64,000 nucleotides of DNA from NCBI GenBank assembly GCA_951406725.2, contig OX597816.1, positions 89,962,001 to 90,026,000 on the forward strand, in the 5' to 3' direction. Position numbers and translations under genes: made by a program. Shown here piece after piece: positions 12,001 to 24,000 of the stretch (its first letter is position 1; each line of letters opens with the position of its first letter). Below the pieces are notes generated by a model that had not been told where the DNA came from, ran no database searches, and saw nothing but the letters and a program-made list of their open reading frames with translations. The stretch is from Octopus vulgaris. Its lineage: Eukaryota.

Positions 12001-15000
12001 CAAGTAAAATGCATTCACGCTGATGCCACATAAGGTGCTATGTGAACACACCCATACCAGTGGCACATAAAAAGCACATTCTGTAAAGTGGTTGGTGTTA
12101 AGAAGGGCATCCAGCTATAGAAACCATGTCAAAACAGACAATTGGAGCCTCTGACTGGCCAACTCTTGTCAAACCGTCCAACCCATATTCATCATGAAAA
12201 ATAGATGTTAAACGATGATGATGTGCTGGCAATAAAAAATCACAACCTACAATCATTCTCCAACATCACCTGACCATCACCAAGAAGAATCTTTGTGTGA
12301 TATACAGTCTCTTTCATTATGGGCTTTTATACAAAGGTTGTCAGCCAAATTTAGATTTTCAACTGGTCTCCTTGTAGTGAAAAAAATAGGAATATTCCGT
12401 CAGAAACAATGGTCATATTTACAGCTAACTTTACTTTCAAGTTCCATTCTTAAAGCAGATACATACACAAAGATCTTTGCCTAGATTTTCTTCTTTGTTC
12501 ACAACTATTCCCAAAACCACCAAACTGGTTATTGTTGTCCAAGTAGACAACTGCACTAGATGGTATTCCAGCTATCACTCTGAATAAATATGTTCTTGAG
12601 TTTTTCTCTTTTGACATTTTTATGTTGCTGTCATATCCTGCTTATAGTCATGTCCAATGACATTTACTTCTATAACTGTCAACACACCTCATTCAAATTC
12701 TGTATACAGGCTTTATGAGCCTCTAACTTCAAAACCTCCTACTCAGTCAGTATAGCTTCCTTGTAAAGAAACATCTTGCATTGGAGATTTGATCATTTAT
12801 TCACTTTCAAATATACTAAAATACAGGTCTATATATCTGAAGGGAACAAGCAAAAAAACCTCATTTCATCTATTTATGAATAATACACAGTCCAAACAGA
12901 CTTAGCAATATCAGATAATATTATTTAAAGAAGAGTCTCCATTTTCCCCAATTCCAAAGCTGTATTACAAAGGTTGTTTCTTCTTAAGTAAGCAACTGTT
13001 AATCTGTCTAAAGCATAACATATTCTAAATGAGAACTGTTTATATATATATATATATATATTGAGAACAGTGCATCCACCACATCCATGACACATACACA
13101 CTCTAAAATATATTACATTGAAACAGTACCAAAACTACATAATGCATTCACCCATCCTATTCCTGCACCAGTCTCCGTGTATAACCTCTATATTAAATAC
13201 ATTACATTTCTGTAACTTCTCTACAAATATATTTTAAGTTAATATTTTAAAATGTTAAAGCTCTTCCTTCATGAAAATTATTATTCTAATACACACAAAA
13301 AATACAACTGTAACTTATCTATTACCAGTATTTCACATTTTACAAAACCATGATTAAGAACAAATATATATATGATATTTTAAAGCATTTTACATCAATT
13401 TTTACTCACTAATTAAATTTGAATACCTTCACGTATTATTAAAGTGTCATGTTATAACTAGAGGATTGTTCAAAATATTTACAGTAAAGACTATATGGTT
13501 TTCAATGTAAAAATAAAAAATATCACAGAAAATATTTTAGTAATTCTTGATATTCTTAATAAAATACTAGTCCAGTTAATCAGACATAAGAATGTATATT
13601 CCTATTTAATAGAGAGCAATGAATCAGAAACAGTGTGCATTTCTTTACCTCCGCTTTCATTTGAGATGAATCCATATCAAGGCTGAAATAAAAGTAGTAT
13701 ATTCATTAACATTAAATAACATCTTTATTAAAATAATTAACATGCATTGATATTACTGGGATGCAATATTCCAAAATTTAGAATAAGAAATATAAATTAT
13801 CTACAGACAATCCAAAGATGAATTTGGGCTGGGGATAGTTTGAGAAAGACCATGAAAATGAATTTACAAATTCTGAAATTTATTATATGACAATACAGCC
13901 TTTATATAATTCACAAAAAATTGTAGAATTGATGTATCTATTTAAGATCGTCTCTCTCTCTGCATCAGTATAACAATCTTTTCAATACAAAGAATGTTTG
14001 ATAGTTGATTAAGGTTACTCAAACCTTAAAAGGCACATGAAATGTTATGAAATAATTTTTTTAATCCCAAATGTGCTATTTATGTAGCATTGAATTTTCT
14101 GATTATTCCCATAATTAAATTTAAATGGGTTCACAGATAAGCTTATGTATATGATAGTATAACTCTGTTAGGGTTGCTATCTAATTTGATAGCCACAAAA
14201 TATACAGTGGATATTGCAAGGCAATTGGCATGAATGTAAATTTCTCTGAGTTGTAGTGCATCTAAGCACTGTATACAGTAAGTTATGTGTTCTGAGTTCA
14301 AATGCCACCAAAATCGACTTTGCCTTTCATCCTTTCAGAGTCAATAAAATAAGTAACAACTGAGTACTGGGATCGATGTAATCTACTACCCACCTCCCCT
14401 TAAGATTCAGGCCCTGTTCCCATAATAGAAAGGATTGTTATTATTACTATTATCATTGAGTGAGAGAGCAGTGCATGCCATCAAAGTGACACTGGAATAA
14501 AATATACTAAGCCCAGTATACTCATCATGACTACCCGTCTGATAAGGGAACACAGGCACATGCATTACAACCATATGTGCGCGACATAGTGATCTCATAT
14601 CAAGATAAACAGTGCATGACCTTGCAAGTGGGGCCCAGTTAGAATTTTCTTCTGGTCGAGTAACCCATCCTGCTCAAAATGTCCCTGAATAAGGTTTGTT
14701 TAAGGATGTTGAGTGAACCACCCATGTTTCCAAAGGTGAATTATCCAAACCTCCAAGATTTCCTTTCAATACATGGCTATGATGCTCCCCCACTACTTCT
14801 GCTCGTGATCAGAGATGCACATATCGTCAGCCAAGGGACATGGTCAACTAATTATGGTCAAACAACTGACAAACGAATCTGTGGTATTGAGCAGAATATT
14901 TGCTGTAGCCCATCTTTTAAACCAAGACAAAACAATGTACATGATAACAATTCCCAACAGTTAAGATCAGAAGCCATAAGAGCCAGTCTGGTACTGCATC

Positions 15001-18000
15001 AGGGCAATTGTTGTTGCTGTTAGCGGCAGCGGCACCGCTGCCTGGCCCTCATGCCAGTGGCACGTAAAAAGCACCCACTACACTCTCAGAGTGGTTGGCA
15101 TTTGGAAGGGCATCCAGCTGTAGAAACCTTGCCAGATCAGATTGGAGCCTAGTGTATCCTTCTGGCCTGCCAGTCCTCAGTCAAACCATCCAAACCCATG
15201 TCAGCATGGAAAGCAGACATTAAACAATGATGATGATGATGTTTAAAATGTTTCCATCCTCTTTGAGACTTAGGAAGTCAGGACATCAGGATAACAGTTA
15301 GCAGGGTCAGAGAGGTTACTCTTCTTGAAAATGAGACACACCATCATACTTTTCTTAAGCAGAAGTAGATATTCTGGGACAGAGAAAAGTTGAAGAATTT
15401 ACTTAAGATATAATCTCACTTATGAGTACATCATTTAAAAGAGATTGCAAGAACGCTATCAGAATTGGTTGCCTTTTTATTTTTGACTAAAATAACTAAA
15501 CAAATGTCTAGACTAAATGACAGCACAGAAAAGGCAGTTATACAAAGTTATATAAAGCAATGAATCTGGGAGAGATTTTGCTATATCAGTGCATAGTGGA
15601 AATGAAGTTATAGTAAGCAACAAATGTAGCAACTTAATTGAAGAATTATAGAGAAGAGGATTCTGCAAATTTGGTAGAGATTTTTAGGTAAGATATCTAA
15701 CCAATTTTGGAGTCATAGTACTGTATGTAAAAGTACTCTTTGCTCTCAAATTATTTGTTTTCTCATTTATATGCTTGAATGATGAATCCTGGCCTACTAT
15801 TTTGAAGCCAAACACACAATACAAAACAACATCAGAAACAATAATAATTACAAAGAGAAAGTGTCTGCTCAATTGATGATGCACTTTTTATGGACCAATG
15901 CAAAAAGTTGCAATATGTTTTTAGTGAGATCCTGAAAGAAGTAACCAAGGTTTATTTAGTTAAGATATCCAAAGACAAAAGTACTGAAGGAAGTACAAAA
16001 GTACAAAAGTACAAAAGTACTGAAGGAAACTACATCTTGATCCAAATAAAAAATGGAAATAAATGTGTAGATGAAGTGCAAGAATTGTTTGAAATTCAAT
16101 GCATGTATGCTCATGAATACTGAGTAATGACTGAAAGAGTACACTTGTAAATATAAGAGGCTGAAATAGGGTTCTGAAGAAGGATCCCTGGAGTAAACAG
16201 AGTGCATAGCTCTGAGATCAGGGAGTCTCTCTAGGTTGAGTCACAACTCTAGTACTACAAACATGAGATTAGAATGTTACAGGAAGGAATCACAAGACAG
16301 ATTCTTCAAGCTCAACCATCTAACAAGAGACCTAGAGATAGACAAAGAACAAAATGGTTGGATATCCATAGTCTCAGTTGGTAACACTTGGGAATCCAGC
16401 CAGGAAGTTTAATAATGGTTACTTCTGATAGGACCCTACGAAGGAGATACTTGAGGACTCAACTCTTAAACCCCTCCCAGGGATAATGGGCAGAGAAGAA
16501 GGGTGGATGCAAGAGTATGTTTTGGAGGAACTGAGAAGAAATATTTTTAAAATATCAGTATTAAACTTACTTAAGATCAAACAGCTTTTCACCGGTCTTT
16601 TCTGTTTTATTGGGCTTCAACTTTTCAAGCTTGAAATTTTCTTTGATTTTCTCTACAGCTTCGTTATTTTCAAAAAAAGAAACTCCATGTTTAGTTGGCA
16701 ACTCAGGAATTGGTTTTGTAGGTTCTAGTACTCTTTGTTCAAAACACTGAGCCAAAATAACCAAAAACAAATTCAAATTAGAATTATTTTAATAAATCAA
16801 TAATATTAAGAATAATATTAAGAAAATACATTAATCTTTAAACAATAATAAAAAAAATAAAAAGTATCTTATCTGACTATTCTTATGAGCTATGTGCAGT
16901 TTCTTTCAAATGTGCATATTAATTTTAATATTCTTAAGAACATCTACATAATGTAATGTTTAGCTAATTAAATAATTTTTCACTTAGGAAGAACAAGACA
17001 ACATTAGCAACAGTTCATTAATAGTTAAGAGACCAAGACAATATTGGTTTCAAATGTTGGCACAAGGCCAGCAATTTCATGGGAGTGGGGTAAGTCAATT
17101 ACATCAACCCCCAAGGTTCAATTGGTACTTATTTTATCAACCTCAAAAAAGATGAAGGCAAAGTGGGCCCTGGCAGCATTTGAACTCAGAATATAAAGTT
17201 GGTGTAGTGATACTTCTGCCAGCTCACTGCCTGAGACCAAAACAATATTAACAGCAGCATTTTCTTTAATTTACTTTATTAAACAATTATACATTTACTC
17301 TACTCATTTCTTTCATTTTCTACTGCAAAAATACTGACTAAAAGCAAATCCTGCTGTAGATCACATTAATATCACATCAATTAATATTGATTTCGAATTT
17401 TGACACAAGGCCAGCAATTTCAGGGTAGGGGTTTAGTCGATTACATCAATCCCAGTGCTCAACAGGTACTTGTTTTATTGACCCCCAAAAGGATGAAAGG
17501 CAAAGTCAACCTTGGCAGAATATGAATGCCAAGCATTAGGACAGATGAAATACTGCTAAGCATTTTGCCCAGCCTGCTAATGATTCTGCCAGCTTACCAC
17601 CTTATCACATCAATTAATATTAAAGAGAAACATAAATTTAAGAATGAAGTAATAAACAAACATACCTGATAAAATTTCTGCAAAGATGGTGTAGATATGT
17701 ATTTTGTATTTAAAAATTTGTGTTTTCCTTCATTTCTAAATAAAAATAAAATATTTGATTTATCATACCAAAATATTATAACAAGTCAACAACAATTTCT
17801 GAAAATAAATCAGTTTCAGACAGTGAAGATACAAAGATATCTTATTTATACAATTAAAATATATTTCTTCACACAGCTTGTTGAGTGCCACAGACCGAAT
17901 CCATGGCTGGTGCAAAGTCCCAACCAGACCTAGGGTGACGTGGTGCTGGTGGTGGAATGATGTTGTAGGCAAGACCATTAGAGTGAAGAAACAGGCCTAG

Positions 18001-21000
18001 AAGCACTGGAAGAATTGTTGTAGCAGAGAACTATATCAGACAGCTAGGAGGGAGGCTAGAAGACAGGTATACTTAACCAAGGGAGATGCAGAAAAGAGGA
18101 AGTTTGCCAATGTTCTGCTATGTGAGGACAAGAGGCTTGAGGTATTTCGGATTGCAAAGCAAATGTGTCAGAGAAAATCGGGATGTGGTAGGAGAGAAAT
18201 GTATTTTTGCATGGCTGATGGCTCCCTTGCAGTTAGTAATTCTGCAAAGGAGGCTTGGAAGTGCCACTATGAAAGGTTACTAAATGTAGAGAATGCAGGA
18301 GAGGACAGCCTAGCCTGCCTAATGTGGACACAACAAAGGGGCTGGTTATTCAAATTGACAGTAGCTTAGTAGATGAAGCAATTGAGGATATGAAGATAGG
18401 GAAAGCTTCCAGCCCATCAGGAATCACTGCTGAGATGCTTAAAATATTTGGTGGAGTGGGGTATGACCTGTACATTGATTCTGCTGACAGTAAGCTTTCA
18501 CAATCTCATATTCTTTCTATGACAACCTTTACAAGTGACATCTTTATTTCTCTTACTTTACATTGTCACCAAGTGCAAAGGCACTGGTGCCATTCCAAAC
18601 CTATTTCTACCTAACTATATCCCAATTCGTACACCAACAATTTTACAATACAGAATACCATCTACCTCCTTTCTTGATAAATAAGCATTTCATATGTTAA
18701 TATTGTTTATATATCAGGACTACATAATACCATTAATAAGAGAGTTCTCTATGTAATTGCTGAACCTGCAAGCAATAGCAGCCAAAACCTTCCTTAACCC
18801 TTCAGCATTCTGATTGCTCTGTCAAATGTAATGCTTATATATTCACATTTTTTGAATTAATGATGCATTATCTCATAGCTTTGAGACATTGATGATACCA
18901 TTGTTTACTTTTACAATGATATTGTATGCGTGAGAGGGTGCATCAGGCCAGTTTACATATAAAACAGGTAAAATATTTGGGCCAGATATGACCTGTTTAA
19001 ATGCTAAGATGTTAAACCACACCCTGAAGTCTTTAAAAAATTAACATACTGGTCAATATGATTCTAGATAACACATTTTCTGGCATACAAGTCAAATTTT
19101 TCAGACCAAAATTTACAGCCAAAAAATGGGAGATCAGTTTATACACCAAGACAACTTTGAAGGACTACAACTTCCATGTGAAATGCAGCAGGATTTGGAA
19201 AGGTAGTGACAACATTTGAGTGTTTAGACTACATGTTTACATTATATTCTAATACAGTATATAAAAAGATAACGGTTGGAAATTCTTTGATCATAGATCT
19301 CCTCAATCAGGACTACTAAGGCTTCAGTAGCAAGAACTATTTAAACCTTAATTTTAATAAGATTAAAGTACAAAGTATAATTACTCACGAAAATGTCATA
19401 GTGTCAATCAAGTTATCCATAGCCTCCAGCTGTGCATCTGTAAAATGATTTAAATGTAAATAATTATACCATTCAACACTTCATTAAATATTGGGTTGTC
19501 CGGAAAGTTCGTGCCGATTTATAGTAGCTTACCTTTCGACTTATTTTAGAACATGGTTGAGTCCATAAAATAGGATTTGACTACACCTCCATTTTAAGCT
19601 ATCTTTTCATGGAAGAAGGTTTATGTTCCTATAACTTGTGTTAATTTTGTAACCCTTTAAAATGGAAGATAAGAAAGTTCATTTTCGGCACTTGATGCTT
19701 TGGGAACCACACAAAAATTGCTGCAGCTCAGCTGGGATGTGTTATCCGACCCTCCATATTCACCAGATATTACTCCTTCGGATTTCCACTTATTCAGGTC
19801 TCTGCAGAATAGTCTTAATGGTAAAAATTTCAATTCCTTGGATGACATAAAAAGATACCTTGATGAATTCTTTGCCATGAAACCACCTCAATTCTGGGAA
19901 GGGAGTATTTTCAAGTTAAAAGAAAGATGGAGACACATTGTGCAACAAAATGGTCCATATTTGGTTGATTAAAAAATGTAATGGCAAGTATTTATTGACC
20001 TTTTTCTTTCTTTTAAAAATCGGCATGAACTTTCCGGACAAACCAATATTTATATTAATTCAAAAAATATCAGCTAACATTATCAAAAACTACATTAAGT
20101 GAGCTTTTAAGTAGCTGCTTAACCAGCTAAAAATATAAGTCAAATTTCTCTCAAAACACCCCCCACCATCTTTAAAAAAGAGAAGACATAGTCCTGGATA
20201 TATATACAAGAAAGTCATAGCTGGAACTCCTTTGAGCATAGGTCTGTTCATACAGGACTGATCAATAACTAAACAACACTAAAGGATTCCAAACTTACTT
20301 GATGGTTTGAACTTCTTCGGATTGTCACAGCTATCCACTGGAAGTGGGTCAAATTCACAATTAAGTATGTCTTCAAAAAATGGTAATTCGTGATATATCA
20401 TACACTGAAGAATTGAAAGAAAAAAGAAATCAAATTACATGTAAACCACAATAAAAATATAAATTAAATGAACTATGAAAGTGTTGTTTGCAAGAAAAAA
20501 CCGAGAGAGAATATTTAGTGGATAAAAGAAAAGCTGTAATAGAGTAAAACAGACATGGTGCAGTGAGTAGAAATGATTGTTATACAGGTACAAAAACTGA
20601 TAGGTTATAATAACAAATTCAAACACTGGAACAATGGCATAGAAAATATTTAAATCAGAAAAGAATAGAAAAACGGATTGACAGAAACAATGATAATAGC
20701 AACAATGGTAATGATAATAATTAAACATTAAAAAGAAAACTAGAAATATAAAAGCACAACTCAGCATTTAGTATTTACTGCAGTATATGCCGTTTGTATT
20801 AAAGACTGGCCTCATGCCGGTGGCACGTAAAAAGCACCATCCAATCGTGGCCGTTGCCAGCCTCGTCTGGTCCCCCGTGCCAGTGGCACGTAAAAAGCAC
20901 CATCCGATCGTGGCCGTTTGCCAGCCTCGTCTGGCACGTAAAAAGCACCCACTACACTCACGGAGTGGTTGGCGTTAGGAAGGGCATCCAGCCGTAGAAA

Positions 21001-24000
21001 CATTGCCAGATCAAACTGGGCCTGGTGCAGCCTTCTGGCTTCCCAGACCCCAGTTGAACCGTCCAACCCATGCTAGCATGGAAAGCGGACGCTAAACGAT
21101 GATGATGATGATGATAAACCAGGTACCGAGAAACATTCTCAATCATTGAGAAACCACAAGTATAAAAAGAACTTTGGAATGTAACACGTGAGATAGTCGA
21201 GGGATTACTGTAATTAAAATGTATGTAAGACATTAGCCTATGTATTCAATGATGTAAAAATGGATATGTTTGGTACAAAGGTATTTCAAATTGAATATAA
21301 AAGGTAAGCTAAATGAAATAAACTGGGATTTAAAAGGTCTTTACATATGAAATAACATAAAAATCATGTCCTCAGAAAAAAAATCTACATTACAAACTCT
21401 TCCTCTATAGAGAAACAGACCTACTAATGATGACAACCAGTCATTATTAGAAAGAATAAATCTCCCTTACCTCATAATCATTTTTGATATGTGGTTTAAG
21501 ACAACCAATTCGAGGTCCTGAACGTGCATCATAAACTCTTCTTACAATAGCAAGCATATTAGTTTCAAATAATGCATTAACCAAAGCTGAGAAAGCAACA
21601 GATGTTACCTTTAGGAAGGAAAAAAAAATAACATTTACATTTAGTATAACAAAAACGTCATTTGAGATAAAAACAAAAAGAATAAGTTAAAAACAAAATT
21701 AACATCAATAAAGAGAAATTAAGTGACTATAGATTGACGCATACATATAGATCTTTAAGAAAATACACCCACAACTTATAATAAACATTATATCTTTTTT
21801 TTCTTACTCAACCCTCCTCACTGTCTTATCACTCTCTAACTCTTACTAAAAATCTGATGCTACCTTTCACTTCCCTAACAATGTCCGTACCCTCTCTCAA
21901 CAATAAACCTGTGTAACCCCAATAAAATCTGTCTTGAACCTTAATGAACCATCCAACCCATGCTGACATGGCAGATGGACTGATCCATTCCATTACTGGA
22001 TCCACCTACTCAACCCACCTCATTACCATTTCCACTTTGTCCTCTCCCTCTCTTTTTCACACTAACCTTTAACATTACTTATCATCTTCACATCTCCAAC
22101 ACTCTTACAAGGGTGTACCAAAGAGAAACTGGAGTTTTACATTATTTTATTCACTTAGTATTACATGTTTACACTTTTATCACCTTCAGAGTATTCCCCA
22201 TTTGAAACAATGCATCAATCCAGGTGCATTTTTCACTTTTCAAAGCAGTCCTGAAACTTTTGCAAAGTCATGCCTTTTTTTCTTTACCTCTTCTACATTT
22301 GCAAATTCCATAGCACTCGCTTTCGTCACCAGTGATGACCTTCAAAAAAATGTGACTGCTTTTGGTCTTCTGTGAGCAAGCAAGGTACGAATTTTGCTGC
22401 AACTCTAATCATTCACAATTCCCTGCTCAAAATTCATTGGCAGGAGCTCCAGGACACACCAGTCACATCAACAAGTTCATCAATTGTTCAATGCTATTCC
22501 TCCAAGACTAGTCATGAATTTTTGCAATGTTTTCATTCATTCAGGAGGTTGATGGTCGCCCTAAACAAGGTTTATCTTCAAGCAAAAAGTCACCATTCCT
22601 AAAGTGTGAACACCACTTGTAAACCTGTGTTTTGCTCATGACAGCATCCTTGTAAGTTGTTTGAAGCTTGACAACTGTTTTCCCCAGCAGAAAACAGAAT
22701 TTCACAGAAGCACATTGTTCCTTCATTACAGTCTTTGCAAAAATCGACAAACAGGGGAGAAGTACTGCAAAACAAAGACGCACCACATAGCAGCATGACT
22801 CCACCCAGTGACACTGGTTAGCAGACTGATACCTGAGGGTCACATCAAGTGGCTTCTAACAGTAAAAGCCTGAACTACAATGGGCTTGTCGCACAGAGAA
22901 TGTTCCTGGTTACTTTTGGTTACCCTCTTGCACTTCTGTTATTCTCCTCATTAACATCCTCTCACAATAAATTTATTCCTTTCTACCATCCTCCCTTTCA
23001 CTTCCCAAGCTGCATGGTGACCCCAACTGCTGGTGCCACAACAAGCACCTACTACACTCTGTTTGGTAATCAATTTAAACAGTGACAACTCAGAGCTGAA
23101 GATGGCTCTTTCATGTTGCTAAATGTAAGGCAATCTCTATAGTGCTGATACTACAAGAAAATGTATCCAGTACACTCTGTAAAGTGGCTGCTGTTATCCA
23201 GCTATAGAAACCTTTGACCACTGAATCCTGTTGAATTATCTGAAACATGCCAGCAAGGAAAGCAAACATAAAATGACAATGGTGGCAGTGATGATGGCAC
23301 CAACAGTGACAACAATGATGAATTTTTAATTATAATCTGAATCTTCAGAGACGAATTACTTTATTATGAAAAGAAAAATATTCATTTTTTTCAATTATAC
23401 CATCATGTGCATTTAAATGCTGTGCAAAACACTTTTATCATTTACAAATGAAAACGTTTTGTTTTAATGGCAATAATTACAAAAATATTAAATAACATAC
23501 TTGATCGGTTGGTTCTGCTATTACATACATAGTACTATCTCCCATGTAACTATAAACTGGAACCTGCAACAACAAAAAAAAATAATGCAAATAATTTCAC
23601 TTTTTAATGATTCTCTTAACAACATATCTTTTATTTTTTTTACTTATTTCAGCCAGACTGCAGCCATGCTAAAGAACTTTAGTCAAACAAATCAACCTCA
23701 GTATTTACAGTGTACTCCCGCTTATTCTTGGAACTGGTAACTGTTCACGGAAACCACCACATATTCACAGAATCGTAAATATTGTCCGCGATTTTTTATG
23801 GCAATATATACTTTTCCACACATTTTAAGGCTAAATTATTAATAATAATATACCGTATTTGCCAGTTTATTGGACATCCCTTGACAGCTGAAGATCCCTC
23901 AGATTAGAATAACCGCGCATCACATCGCTCAATTTTTTTAGATACAAGTACACAGTATCATATATCTCTTATTCTTGCTTTCAATCAAAGCATGCTAATT

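Noticed and set aside
15978-16033. Short AAAAGTAC tandem and direct repeat
   Set aside because: Simple slippage duplication in decayed repeat sequence.
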